This document shows, one piece after another, positions 1 through 10,024 of a DNA stretch of 55,094 nucleotides (the stretch's first letter is position 1; each line of letters opens with the position of its first letter). The notes under the pieces are model-generated. The model made no database searches and was not told the origin of the DNA. It saw only the letters and a list, made by a program, of their open reading frames with translations. A program made the translations under genes and the position numbers. Origin of the DNA: a virus (lineage: Duplodnaviria; Caudoviricetes); the IMG/VR virus record IMGVR_UViG_3300042997_001345, positions 1 to 55,094 of that record, one strand, 5' to 3'.

Positions 1-1071
1 TCTATCAGCAGTGATGCCAATGTTTCGGCATTTTATGCTCCGGCTGGAAATGTTCAACTTGCTGCCGGCATTGGTGATGCACAAATAGTTGCAAATTCTC
101 TAAATGATTCTAAGACCTGGACCTTTGATACTACTGGTAATTTAAGTGCTCCTGGCAACGTCAGTGCTGTTGGCAACATTGTTGGTGGTAACTTAACTGT
201 TGGATCAGGCACCATAACTGGCGGAAATGTCAATGGTGCAAATTTCAATGGCAATGTAGCATTTGGCACTGGTATAGTAGTAGGTTCTGGCAACATTGCC
301 GGTGGCAACATCTTAACTGCAGGCATTGTTAGTGCCACTGGCAACGTCAGTGCTGGCAACTTGAATATAACTGGAAACATTGTTGACACAGGTGCGTTGA
401 GCATCATCACAGGCAGCAACGGAAATATTGCATTAGCACCAAATGGCACAGGTATAGTCACAGTTTCAAGTAACGTTGGTGTCACAGGTAATGTAACAGC
501 CGCTAACTTTATCGGCAACATTTCAATCACCGGCAATGTCACTGGCACCAGTGCAAACGTCACCTTGGTTGCTGGTAGTTTCAGCACAGTGTTTGACAAC
601 ACTGGTGTTGCCACATTCCCAGGCAATGTTTCAGTCACTGGCAATGTTATAACTCCCAACTTGCCAGCATTTCGCGTGTATGGAACACTCAGCACCGACA
701 TTGCCGCTAATACTACAATTACTGCAACACAAGGTGCTACAGTAGACTACAACCAAGGCAGTTACTACAACAACACCACAGGCATATTTACAGCACCAGT
801 GGCTGGTATCTATAGTTGTTCTGCTACACTACGAGTTGGTAGCACCAGTGGATTAAACCAAGCCAGCATTCAAAAGAACAGCAACGGTTCGGGTGCCAAC
901 GTGGTGGCGTTCTGGGAAGTCACCGGCAACAGCACCAGTCCTGGTTTTGGCCACATGAGCATGGCTGGTATGACCAAGTTAGCAGTAGGCGATACTGTCA
1001 GATTACAGGTCATAGCAGGCAACGTTAACTTTGATGCCAACGACAGCTACAGTGTGACATTCCTAGGATAA
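1..1071 (+). CDS. Tail fibre-like virion protein with C-terminal C1q domain (5' partial)
   Basis: Frame is open from base 1 (the track start at 361 is internal). G-N-I/V-rich fibre repeats; C-terminal PAFRVY...YNNTTGIFTAPVAGIYS...LAVGDTVRL is typical of C1q domains. Confidence 0.8.
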   Translation, partial: SISSDANVSAFYAPAGNVQLAAGIGDAQIVANSLNDSKTWTFDTTGNLSAPGNVSAVGNIVGGNLTVGSGTITGGNVNGANFNGNVAFGTGIVVGSGNIAGGNILTAGIVSATGNVSAGNLNITGNIVDTGALSIITGSNGNIALAPNGTGIVTVSSNVGVTGNVTAANFIGNISITGNVTGTSANVTLVAGSFSTVFDNTGVATFPGNVSVTGNVITPNLPAFRVYGTLSTDIAANTTITATQGATVDYNQGSYYNNTTGIFTAPVAGIYSCSATLRVGSTSGLNQASIQKNSNGSGANVVAFWEVTGNSTSPGFGHMSMAGMTKLAVGDTVRLQVIAGNVNFDANDSYSVTFLG

Positions 1072-1072
1072 T

Positions 1073-1771
1073 ATGATTATCCAAGGTGTCACGCTTAACA
1101 GTGTCAGAGTATTAGATGGTGGCGTCCAGCCCACCAACTTGATACTGTATCTTGATGCCAATAATATTTCAAGTTACTCAGGCACAGGAACTACCTTGAA
1201 CGACTTGTCGGGCAATGGCTATACTCATACACTGAGTAACAGCAATATCTACACTGTCCTTAGTGGTGTAAAATGTTTCAACTGTAGTTCCGCGGGGCAG
1301 ATCGTAACCGCTGTTTCAACCTCAATACAGATACCCACCAACTTTACCTACATTTCATGGACACGGGTGCGGGCATCTACAACAGGTTTTAGAACTTTGT
1401 TACGAGACTATATAGGTGGGCACCCAATAATTATCAATACAGGAACTAACATATTGGGCATGTGGGACAATGCCACCTTAACCGGTTTTAACAGTTCAGG
1501 TTATAACATGAGTGCCTATGGTGATGTCTGGGCACAATGGGCCACAGTGGGTGATGCCTCGGGACAAACATTTTATATCAACGGTCAACAGGTTGGATCA
1601 AGTGTGCCAAAATCAGTTTCGGGCGAATATCACTATGGCTGGGGAAATATTCAGGGCGGCCTGGATCAACCCTGGGGATATGTGGCCAACTTGGAATTGT
1701 ATAGTATCAAACTCACCCTGGAACAGCTACAACAAAACTACTACGGACTAAAAGGAACATTTGGCGTATGA
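1073..1771 (+). CDS. LamG/concanavalin A-like lectin domain virion protein
   Basis: LILYLDANNISSYSGTGTTLNDLSGNG start, FYINGQ, and YSIKLT..QLQQNY end are typical of phage LamG-like proteins. Confidence 0.75.
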   Translation: MIIQGVTLNSVRVLDGGVQPTNLILYLDANNISSYSGTGTTLNDLSGNGYTHTLSNSNIYTVLSGVKCFNCSSAGQIVTAVSTSIQIPTNFTYISWTRVRASTTGFRTLLRDYIGGHPIIINTGTNILGMWDNATLTGFNSSGYNMSAYGDVWAQWATVGDASGQTFYINGQQVGSSVPKSVSGEYHYGWGNIQGGLDQPWGYVANLELYSIKLTLEQLQQNYYGLKGTFGV

Positions 1772-2502
1772 TTGTTCAAGGTGTCTCTCTCAATGGTGTA
1801 ACTGTAGTTGACCAATTACAGCCAGTGATCTCTAACTTGGTTCTTTATTATGATCCGAGTAATACTGCCAGCTATTCTGGCACGGGCACAACCATCAACA
1901 GTTTGGCGTCACCAAACTTGGCCGGTACCATGAGCAACATCACCTACACTGATCCGTACTTTGCCTACAATGGAACATCAAGCCAAGTCAGTGTAACTGA
2001 CACGGCCGCTCTAGAGCCTGGATCGGGTAGTTGGACCATGGAAGTCTGGGTAAATCAAACGGCATCGGGCAACGACGTTGTGCTGGGTAAATTTGATCCG
2101 GGTGGTTTATCAGTTGATGTCAGTTATAGCATACGAACCACTGGTACTTCTTACTATGCTCAATTGGGTAGCGGTAGTGGCTCAGGTTCTACTTTGTTTG
2201 TGAACAGCACAACCTTTGTGGGCACACTGAATACATGGTATCAGTTGGTTTATGTGTTCACCAACGGCGGCACTCAAACATTACAAACATTTGTAAATGG
2301 TTCAAGTATTGGCACAGTGAATCATAGTTTGGCCAGCATCTTAAACACTTCAACCAACTTGTATTTGGGCAGTTACAACAACGGTGAATTTGCACAGTGG
2401 TTTGACGGCAGAATTGGTATAACCAGACTGTATAATGCCGCACTCACAGCTGGACAGGCGTTACAGAATTACAACGCTAACCGTGCTTTATACGGACTAT
2501 GA
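1768..2502 (+). CDS. LamG/concanavalin A-like lectin domain virion protein (paralog of upstream gene)
   Basis: SWTMEVWV, WYQLVYVF, FVNGS and FDGRIGITRLYNAALT motifs; ATGA overlap with upstream gene. Confidence 0.8.
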   Translation: MIVQGVSLNGVTVVDQLQPVISNLVLYYDPSNTASYSGTGTTINSLASPNLAGTMSNITYTDPYFAYNGTSSQVSVTDTAALEPGSGSWTMEVWVNQTASGNDVVLGKFDPGGLSVDVSYSIRTTGTSYYAQLGSGSGSGSTLFVNSTTFVGTLNTWYQLVYVFTNGGTQTLQTFVNGSSIGTVNHSLASILNTSTNLYLGSYNNGEFAQWFDGRIGITRLYNAALTAGQALQNYNANRALYGL

Positions 2503-2561
2503 CCGGCATGATGAGCGTAATGTACACAGTGTCACACAGTGTCTTTGGCACTTAATTAAAC

Positions 2562-2590
2562 AAAAAACCCGCAGAAGCGGGTTTTTCTTT
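2562..2590. terminator. Bidirectional intrinsic terminator
   Basis: AAAAAA-CCCGC-AGAA-GCGGG-TTTTT between convergent genes. Confidence 0.85.
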
Positions 2591-2605
2591 GGATAGACCA
2601 GGAGT

Positions 2606-2836
2606 CTATTTTCTGTTGAATGCCCAATACAGCACAGCAACAGCTACCAAGCCAACAAGTCCTTGGCTACCTAACGCTGTAACCAGCTTGATTACGCCAG
2701 CTACTACATCGATGCCCAAGAAAGGCACTGCGGCTCCAAACAAAATCTGGAGTACAACACCAACAGCGATTAACTTGACGCCGATATCACACACACGGCC
2801 TAGAAAACCGCTAACCATTTCAAATGCTTTGTCCAT
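2606..2836 (-). CDS. Small hydrophobic membrane protein (76 aa)
   Basis: AAGGAG RBS before ATG at 2836; two long hydrophobic segments; TAAATA on minus strand at 2879-2884. Confidence 0.7.
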   Translation of the reverse strand: MDKAFEMVSGFLGRVCDIGVKLIAVGVVLQILFGAAVPFLGIDVVAGVIKLVTALGSQGLVGLVAVAVLYWAFNRK

Positions 2837-2952
2837 AATAGACTCCTTTAAAAATGGGTTCTTTATGCCCATTGAAGTTATTTACGGCCCGATCCACTGC
2901 CAATTGTATAGGTGTATTAACAAGTACGGTTTGGGCTATTCATAAACAGCCA

Positions 2953-2958
2953 TAAATA
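2953..2958 (+). promoter_or_regulatory. Putative late promoter core (TAAATA)
   Basis: Core of the T4 late TATAAATA box; recurs before genes at 8205, 10530, 15231, 17891, 21279, 22265, 23146, 25563, 32032, 32249. Confidence 0.6.
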
Positions 2959-2976
2959 CTCAAAACGAGGAATACC

Positions 2977-5847
2977 ATGGCAAGAGAGATAATTGGCGTA
3001 GGTGCAGTACCCAACGATGGAACAGGCGATCCCTTACGTACTGCTTATATCAAATGTAATAATAACTTTGGCGAGTTGTTTAGCATAGCACAAACCAGTC
3101 CGCCGCCCAGTCTAATCGGCAGCATCGGTGACTTTGCTGGCATGTATGCATATGATGTTAATTATTTTTATTACTGTTTTCAGGATTTTGATGGCAGCAG
3201 TATAATTTGGAATCAGATCAGTGAAATCGGTAACGTGTCAGTTACTCAAATTGCCAGCGGAAACAGCAGTGTAACGTTCTCTGACATTGACGGCAATGTC
3301 ATAATTTCAATTGACGGAACTTCTGATGTAGCAGTCATAACACCCACCGGGCTCAACATCACTGGTGCAATATCTGCCAACAGCAATGTTACAGGTGGCA
3401 ATTTATATAGTCTTGGTTTGGTATCATCAGTTGGTACAGTTACAGCACCGTTTTTTGTAGGTAACGGTGCATTCTTAACCGGCATAACTGCAGTCACTAC
3501 ATATGGTAATGCCAATGTTGCTGCATATTTGCCTACTTATTCAGGAAGCCTTCCTAACTTGTCGGGCAATGTTACCACAGACGGAAACTTAACCGGTGCC
3601 ATGATCTACGGAAACGGCAGTCAGTTGACTGGCATGTACGGCAACGCCAACGTGGCCACGTACCTGTCAGGATCGGTTGGCAACATTATTCCGTCGGCTA
3701 ACGTTACCTACAGTTTGGGTAACGCAACAAATCAATGGAAAGATCTCTGGGTTTCCAATTCTACAATTTATATTAATTCTGTGCCTGTTACAGTTTCAGG
3801 AACTACCTTGCAAGTCAATGGCCAAGCTGTTCTCAGTAACGGAACCAGCAGTGCTGTCAGTACAACAGGAAATGTATCTGCTGCTAATTTAGTGACAACT
3901 GGTACAGTTACAGCTACCTCTACCATTACTGGTGGTAACTTTTCCACTAGCGGAACAACAAGTGCCGCAGGCAATATCACAGGTGGTAATGTATTAACTG
4001 GCGGATTGATTTCAGCTACTGCCACTATTACAGGCGGTAACTTGTCCACCAGTGGCAACTTGTCTGTTAGTGGAACAGCAAGTGCCACCGGTAATATTAC
4101 AGGCGGTAATGTATTGACCACTGGCATTGTATCGGCTACTGCTACTATCACCGGTGGCAATTTATCCACTGGTGGAACAGCAATTGCCACAGGTAATATC
4201 ACAGGTGGTAATGTATTAACTGGCGGATTGATTTCAGCTACTGCTACTATCACCGGTGGCAATTTATCCACTGGTGGCAATTTATCCACTGGCGGAACTG
4301 TATTATCTACGGGCAATATCACTGGTGGTAATGTATTAACCGGCGGATTGATATCAGCTACTGCTACTATCACCGGTGGCAATTTATCCACTGGTGGAAC
4401 AGCAATTGCCACAGGTAATATCACAGGTGGTAATGTATTGACCGCTGGTATTGTATCAGCTTCGGGTAACATAAGCGGTAGTTATTTTATAGGTAACGGT
4501 AGTGCACTTACAGGTATTACAGGTACTATTTCAGGAAATATATCCAGTGCTAATGTCACATACGTAGCACCATATACCGGTTCTGTATCTAGAACAGCTA
4601 ATTCAAAATTCAGTGATACAGTTAGCGTCAAAGATTTTGGAGCAGTTGGCAATGGCATTGCCGACGACCGTGCTGCTATTCAAGCAGCAATTGATACCCA
4701 GAAAAGAGTTTACTTCCCAGAAGGCACATATCGTGTAGGAAGTGCCATTGGATGTTATTATCAAGGTCAAATACTGTACGGTGATGGCCGTAATAGATCT
4801 GTGATCTTGGCTGACAATATCAATTATTCATTTAATCTGTCAGATACAGCAGTTCTTGTATTCACTGCAGGCGAACCAGGCCCTAGTTTACGTGACATGG
4901 GTATAAAATTTGTGCAACCAGTCACTAGTAGCAGAGCTAGCTTAGTTGCATATCCTCCTGCAATTTATGCACAAAATGTGCCAAGGTTCCAAATATTAAA
5001 TTGTAGAATAACCAATGGTATGACTGGAATTGACATGAGACTAAACTCAGGAGGAGCCATTATTGATGGCTTAGAAATGTCCTGCTACAACTACGGCATC
5101 AGAATCGATGGTAGTTTAGACACAGTTAGAATACTAAATTTACAATATTGGCCATTTGATATTGTGGGTACTGCTAACGAATCCATATTCTTTGACAGTA
5201 CTAATCGTGGTGTTGTATCTGGTCGCTGCGACGACCTGAAAATAAACGGTTGTTTGTTCATCAACGGCGGAATTCAAGTAGAGTTGCAAACAACTGCATC
5301 TGGTACTACATTTGGTGCTATCACAGATACTGACTTTGATAATACCGCCAGTTTTAATCAAACAGGTGGTTTTATGACTATCATGGGTTGTTATTTTACC
5401 ATTGGCAATGGTGCATACAATCCAATAACGTTATCCGGCGATGGAATTTTACGTGTTAACTCTTGCGAATTCTCAGCTTCGGTGGCAGTAACCAATGCAT
5501 TTGTCCAAGAGTCGGGCGGATCATCTTACCTGCAAATAGATAATTGTACATTCCGAAACAGTGCAATTGGTGGCGGCTTCATTACTCAAAATGCAGGAAC
5601 TGCAATTGTAAATGGCTGTCAATTTGTTGTTCCACCTAATTTGGCATTTTTAAATCCCTTAGTAGGAGTAGCTGGTGGCAGAATGAGTTTTGTAAACAAC
5701 AGATGCTCTGACAAAGGAACAGGTGCCAGTAATTTAATTACTGTTGTCAGTAACAATTGGCATGTAATAACCAACAATGCAGCAGTAGGCTGGAGTTACA
5801 GTTATCCTGGTACTCAGACACAAATGGTCATAGCCAATAATAGTTAA
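2977..5847 (+). CDS. Tailspike/tail fibre: baseplate-anchor N-terminus, repeat stalk, pectate-lyase-like beta-helix C-terminus
   Basis: N-terminal IGVGAVPNDGTGDPLRTAY..N.NF.EL resembles T4 gp9/gp10 N-termini; VSVKDFGAVGNGIADDRAAIQAAID..VYFPEGTY starts a beta-helix domain; GAGG RBS. Confidence 0.85.
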   Translation: MAREIIGVGAVPNDGTGDPLRTAYIKCNNNFGELFSIAQTSPPPSLIGSIGDFAGMYAYDVNYFYYCFQDFDGSSIIWNQISEIGNVSVTQIASGNSSVTFSDIDGNVIISIDGTSDVAVITPTGLNITGAISANSNVTGGNLYSLGLVSSVGTVTAPFFVGNGAFLTGITAVTTYGNANVAAYLPTYSGSLPNLSGNVTTDGNLTGAMIYGNGSQLTGMYGNANVATYLSGSVGNIIPSANVTYSLGNATNQWKDLWVSNSTIYINSVPVTVSGTTLQVNGQAVLSNGTSSAVSTTGNVSAANLVTTGTVTATSTITGGNFSTSGTTSAAGNITGGNVLTGGLISATATITGGNLSTSGNLSVSGTASATGNITGGNVLTTGIVSATATITGGNLSTGGTAIATGNITGGNVLTGGLISATATITGGNLSTGGNLSTGGTVLSTGNITGGNVLTGGLISATATITGGNLSTGGTAIATGNITGGNVLTAGIVSASGNISGSYFIGNGSALTGITGTISGNISSANVTYVAPYTGSVSRTANSKFSDTVSVKDFGAVGNGIADDRAAIQAAIDTQKRVYFPEGTYRVGSAIGCYYQGQILYGDGRNRSVILADNINYSFNLSDTAVLVFTAGEPGPSLRDMGIKFVQPVTSSRASLVAYPPAIYAQNVPRFQILNCRITNGMTGIDMRLNSGGAIIDGLEMSCYNYGIRIDGSLDTVRILNLQYWPFDIVGTANESIFFDSTNRGVVSGRCDDLKINGCLFINGGIQVELQTTASGTTFGAITDTDFDNTASFNQTGGFMTIMGCYFTIGNGAYNPITLSGDGILRVNSCEFSASVAVTNAFVQESGGSSYLQIDNCTFRNSAIGGGFITQNAGTAIVNGCQFVVPPNLAFLNPLVGVAGGRMSFVNNRCSDKGTGASNLITVVSNNWHVITNNAAVGWSYSYPGTQTQMVIANNS
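3925..4500 (+). repeat. Intragenic tandem repeats encoding GNITGGNVLTGGLISATATITGGNLSTGG units
   Basis: Includes an exact 83-bp duplication at 4135-4217 and 4357-4439. Confidence 0.9.
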
Positions 5848-5870
5848 TTACAAATAGGAATATATTATAA

Positions 5871-8207
5871 ATGGCACAGCCACAGTGGATTACAGCAGCA
5901 GGAAGTTTAGGGACCATACCCGAAGGTGTGTTTTATAGCACACCGATTGAAGCTGTGGCTGCCAACGAAACTGTGTATTATCAAGTAATTGCCGGACAGT
6001 TGCCCACTGGAATTCAAGTAACTACTAATGGCATTATCGAAGGTGTGCCCAGAAGTATTGTGTTGGTACAAGGAGTTCCGACTCCAGTCAGTGAAGATAT
6101 TGTAAGTAAATTTGCAGTCAGGGCCTACACTACCCGAGTAGTCAACGGAGTCATTACAGTTGATCGATTAGCAGACCGCACCTTTACTCTCACTATCACG
6201 GGACAAGATGCTCCAGAATTTATAACTCCTAGCGGTAATGTAGGCACATTTTACGATGGTACCACAGTTGAAATACAAATTGAATACACAGATGTAGATC
6301 CCGACGACCGAGTTGTTACTCAATTAATAAGCGGAGAATTGCCACCGGGATTGTTTGTAAATAATCAAGGTCTCATATCAGGAGTAATTGCACCTTTGGT
6401 GGGCCCACCCGATACGGCCCAGGCTGGATACGACGATAGTCAATACGACCAGTATCCATTTGATTTTAGCACACGCAGTGCTAGTAAAAATTATCAATTT
6501 ACATTAGAAGTTACTGACGGCAAAGAATCAAACATAAGAGTTTTTGAAATCTATGTATACTCTAAGGATTCGATGAGTGCTGATACCACAGACTTCACGG
6601 CCGACAACACATTTATTACAGCAGATGTAGTGCCCACACGCACACCTGTTTTACTGACTCCTTTGCCAGGTTCACTGGGACGTATACGCACAGATAATTT
6701 TTATGCTGTTAAATTTACCGCAGTTGACTTTGACGGTGATCCCATGCAGTATCTGATTGACGATGCACCACCTGGGCTGACCTTGAACACAACCACTGGT
6801 TGGCTATATGGTTACATTCCCAGTCAAGGCGCTACAGAAAATACTTACAATTTTGAAATCACGGTGAGAAAAACTGATCAGCCTGCTATCATTTCAGATC
6901 CCTACAGTTTCTCAATTACCTATATTGGTGACTTAGACACAGTGGTAACTTGGCTTACTGATCCTGATTTGGGAACAATTAACAACGGCAGTGTCAGCAC
7001 CTTGTCAGTGCAAGCTTTCAACACCGTTGGTCGAGAATTACAATATCAGATTGTGTCAGGATCCAACAGTAGATTACCACAAGGTCTAACCTTGTTAAGC
7101 ACCGGAGACATAGCTGGCACTGTGAGTTTTAATACATTTGCATTGGATCAAGGTACAACTACATTTGATAAGAATATACGCACACGCAATATAACTGAAG
7201 AAACAACATTTGATATGAAATTTACATTTACTGTGAATGCCTATGCTCCTGGTTCAGATGCCGATATTATTTCGGTATTCCGTACCTTTACTGTCACTGT
7301 GGTTAGAGCATTTAATGAACCCTATCAAGGTCTCTACATCAAGTGTATGCCACCGCAATCGGATAGGGATTTAATTTTGCAATTGGTTCAAAATCAAGAT
7401 ATTATACCAGAATCTCTTGTGTATAGAAATAGCGATACAAATTTTGGTGTGGCCAGTTCAGTAATATACAATCATGCTTTTGGTCTTACTGCAGCCAGCT
7501 TAGATGAATATGTTGCTGCATTAGAACTGAATCATTATTGGAAAAATTTAACACTGGGGGAAATTTCTTATGCTCAAGCCAGAAACAGTGCCGGCGAAGT
7601 CATTTATGAAGCTGTCTATAGCAGGGTCATTGATAATCTTGTCAATAACGACGGAGTAAGTGTAGACAAATCAGTTTCATTACCTTTTCCGATCAATGAA
7701 GGCGACAGCACCGAAGTTGATAAAGTTTATCCCAACAGCTTGATCAACATGCGTGATCAAGTGGTAGACACAGTGGGGCAAATCAGTACAGCATTACCAG
7801 CCTGGATGACCAGTAAACAGGCCGATGGTAGAGTATTGGGGTTTGTTCCTGCTTGGGTAATTGCTTATGTCAACCCAGGTCAAGGTGCAAGAATAGTTTA
7901 CAATATTCGTGAACAATTTGGAGACCAACTAAATCAAGTAGACTTCAAAGCTGACCGATACGAAATAGATCGCAGAATGACCTATGCTTGGGAACCATAC
8001 AATGACAGTACCATAAGCGGTGAATGGATTCCAGCACCTCCGGAAGCAACCACATTTGATCTGTCGGACTATGTGCCACAAACTCCCACTTCCGGCACTA
8101 TTTTTGACGGAAATTCAACCAGATTCATAACAGCAGCTAACACCTACGCAACAACTGATGCGTTTGATCGTTATATTTTGTTTCCCAAGACAAATATACT
8201 CAACTAA
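5871..8207 (+). CDS. Virion structural protein with putative Ig-like (He_PIG-type) repeats, probable baseplate component
   Basis: Repeated GxLPxGL...G.I.G.P and Y.F.I.V motifs; lies in the structural module. Confidence 0.7.
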   Translation: MAQPQWITAAGSLGTIPEGVFYSTPIEAVAANETVYYQVIAGQLPTGIQVTTNGIIEGVPRSIVLVQGVPTPVSEDIVSKFAVRAYTTRVVNGVITVDRLADRTFTLTITGQDAPEFITPSGNVGTFYDGTTVEIQIEYTDVDPDDRVVTQLISGELPPGLFVNNQGLISGVIAPLVGPPDTAQAGYDDSQYDQYPFDFSTRSASKNYQFTLEVTDGKESNIRVFEIYVYSKDSMSADTTDFTADNTFITADVVPTRTPVLLTPLPGSLGRIRTDNFYAVKFTAVDFDGDPMQYLIDDAPPGLTLNTTTGWLYGYIPSQGATENTYNFEITVRKTDQPAIISDPYSFSITYIGDLDTVVTWLTDPDLGTINNGSVSTLSVQAFNTVGRELQYQIVSGSNSRLPQGLTLLSTGDIAGTVSFNTFALDQGTTTFDKNIRTRNITEETTFDMKFTFTVNAYAPGSDADIISVFRTFTVTVVRAFNEPYQGLYIKCMPPQSDRDLILQLVQNQDIIPESLVYRNSDTNFGVASSVIYNHAFGLTAASLDEYVAALELNHYWKNLTLGEISYAQARNSAGEVIYEAVYSRVIDNLVNNDGVSVDKSVSLPFPINEGDSTEVDKVYPNSLINMRDQVVDTVGQISTALPAWMTSKQADGRVLGFVPAWVIAYVNPGQGARIVYNIREQFGDQLNQVDFKADRYEIDRRMTYAWEPYNDSTISGEWIPAPPEATTFDLSDYVPQTPTSGTIFDGNSTRFITAANTYATTDAFDRYILFPKTNILN

Positions 8208-8233
8208 ATAGTACAAACATTTTAGGAAAGACA

Positions 8234-9115
8234 ATGACGTCAGCAATTAACCCAAACAACATCGACGGAGCTTATCCGGTAGCCGGCCAGGACAACGACA
8301 GTCAAGGATTTCGTGATAATTTCACTAATACCAAGACTAACTTTGAATACGCAGCTGATGAAATTACCGATCTACAAAACAAAGTAGTATTGAAAGCAGC
8401 CCTAACTGGAACTACTTTAGATAATAACATGGCTGGCTCAATCTTAAGTAATGCACAGTTACAAGACATGAGCGAGACCAAAGTTGCTCTTGGTACAGTA
8501 AGTGGCAGTCAGACCATAAATTATGCAGCAGGTCCATATTATACTTTGACCACAAGTGGATCGGTAAGCTTGGCATTTTCAAACTTTTCCGTAGCGGGCA
8601 CAGTGAGTCGTGTTCGTTTACAAATTACTGTGTCCAACACAGCTCATACATTAACCTTGCCGGCAGCAGTCACAGTAGGCACCAGCAACACCCAAGGACT
8701 GGTCAGTAACGTTATAACATTTGGATTAACAGGCACATACGAATTTGAATTTGAAACTAGTGATGCTGGAGCTACCATTAGTGTGTTTGATTTAAATCGC
8801 AATAGAGATCCGATGTACTTGCCCAGTTCAGAAGACTTAGGCGACACAGCAGCCGCAAGTCTTACCAAAACTACCAGCTATTTTTCAACTGCAGCACCCG
8901 AGACAGCCACGTTGGCAGCCGGTTCTCCAGGTCAAGTCAAAGTATTTGCTATGTATGCTGATATTGGTGACATGGTAATTACAGTCACTAACGCAGGATG
9001 GAAATCAAGCGGTACTGGCACTATTACATTTACTGCCATTGGACAGGCCTGTACCTTAATGTACATCAATGCAAAATGGTTCTGTATTGGCAATAATGCT
9101 GCTACATTTGCTTAA
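8234..9115 (+). CDS. Virion structural protein
   Basis: T/S/G/A-rich beta-type sequence, N-terminal YPVAGQDNDSQGFRDNF, TAAATA at 8205 and AGGA RBS. Confidence 0.6.
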   Translation: MTSAINPNNIDGAYPVAGQDNDSQGFRDNFTNTKTNFEYAADEITDLQNKVVLKAALTGTTLDNNMAGSILSNAQLQDMSETKVALGTVSGSQTINYAAGPYYTLTTSGSVSLAFSNFSVAGTVSRVRLQITVSNTAHTLTLPAAVTVGTSNTQGLVSNVITFGLTGTYEFEFETSDAGATISVFDLNRNRDPMYLPSSEDLGDTAAASLTKTTSYFSTAAPETATLAAGSPGQVKVFAMYADIGDMVITVTNAGWKSSGTGTITFTAIGQACTLMYINAKWFCIGNNAATFA

Positions 9116-9124
9116 TCAAAACAG

Positions 9125-9171
9125 TTGACATCCGTGGCCCTTTAGTGCTATTATGCATTAAAGGGCTTTTT
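9125..9171 (+). promoter_or_regulatory. Sigma70-like promoter whose -10 box is the loop of a terminator-like hairpin
   Basis: TTGACA 9125-9130, 18 nt, TG-C-TATTAT 9149-9154; arms 9137-9148 and 9155-9166 followed by TTTTT. Confidence 0.7.
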
Positions 9172-9176
9172 ACATT

Positions 9177-9416
9177 ATGGAACATCCGTTAATTAACAAC
9201 ATTGATAATCTCACTGTAGATGAATTACAAGGCAAGATTTCAGAACTCAATAAAAAACTCAGTTTTGCTCACCGCAGCGGTAATGGCCAATTGTCTGATC
9301 AAATTCGCATGGCAATTGAAACCTTTCGCAACAAGTATCAAGAAAAGATGCAGGCCATACAAGACAATCAAAACAAAAACAATCCCGACTTTTCGGATCG
9401 AATAGACATATCATGA
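9177..9416 (+). CDS. Hypothetical coiled-coil protein
   Basis: 79-aa ORF after promoter; ATGA overlap with next gene. Confidence 0.65.
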   Translation: MEHPLINNIDNLTVDELQGKISELNKKLSFAHRSGNGQLSDQIRMAIETFRNKYQEKMQAIQDNQNKNNPDFSDRIDIS

Positions 9417-10024
9417 ATGTAAAAATTGGATATACCTCGCATTTCATAGCAGGTGTTTGGTGGGATGATCGTTTAATCATGAGCACATATACTGCAACAT
9501 TTAAGATGACCACAGCAACAGACAGCCCTGTAGATACCAATACAGCACTGGATCGACTCAAATACATAGTTGAAGAGTATCTACCAGATTCAGTATTCAT
9601 TAAAGAAACCAACACAGATCAGATTGAACTGTTGCAAGCAGCCGGTATCAAAACCGTTGCAATGCCAGAAGAACCAGTTGACCAAATTATAGGTATGATG
9701 TTATACTCTAAGATTGGTGCTGTCATGGACGGTAGGATTGTATTGCGTAGTGTCATGCTTTCCAGCACTGCTGGCGACGATGTGATTTACGAGCACGACC
9801 TGTCTGAATCCACAGCACCATTTGATCAACCCGGCTGGTGGCAGCAGCCTACTCCTGTTTGTGAACCCGAAACTAAGCATAATTCTGAAACAAATTTGTT
9901 TGTGTTGTCCACAACAAATCCGTGGAGAGAATTGGGATTGGAATGGATCAGCGACACAGACAGCGAAGTTGACAGCGGTAATGTTTTGGTATTTACAGAA
10001 TTCAGAAATGACAAAGACAAATAA
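9413..10024 (+). CDS. Hypothetical protein
   Basis: 203-aa ORF, translationally coupled to upstream gene. Confidence 0.7.
   Translation: MNVKIGYTSHFIAGVWWDDRLIMSTYTATFKMTTATDSPVDTNTALDRLKYIVEEYLPDSVFIKETNTDQIELLQAAGIKTVAMPEEPVDQIIGMMLYSKIGAVMDGRIVLRSVMLSSTAGDDVIYEHDLSESTAPFDQPGWWQQPTPVCEPETKHNSETNLFVLSTTNPWRELGLEWISDTDSEVDSGNVLVFTEFRNDKDK

Noticed and set aside
2524-2543. ACACAGTGTC tandem duplicate
   Set aside because: Only two short copies with no other occurrence noticed; no supportable function.
54-4472. Long minus-strand ORFs 54..701, 3246..3515 and 3768..4472
   Set aside because: Antisense shadows of Gly/Asn/Thr-repeat fibre genes; low-complexity LPPV repeats and no RBS.
3925-4500. 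Repeats as a CRISPR array
   Set aside because: In-frame coding repeats with no unique spacers and no cas genes.
1073-5847. Diversity-generating retroelement target/template pair
   Set aside because: No reverse transcriptase and no repeat pair differing only at adenines was seen.
9822-10007. N-terminal extension of the DnaE-like ORF
   Set aside because: Overlaps the upstream gene by 200 nt from a TTG; ATG 10008 gives a normal short overlap.
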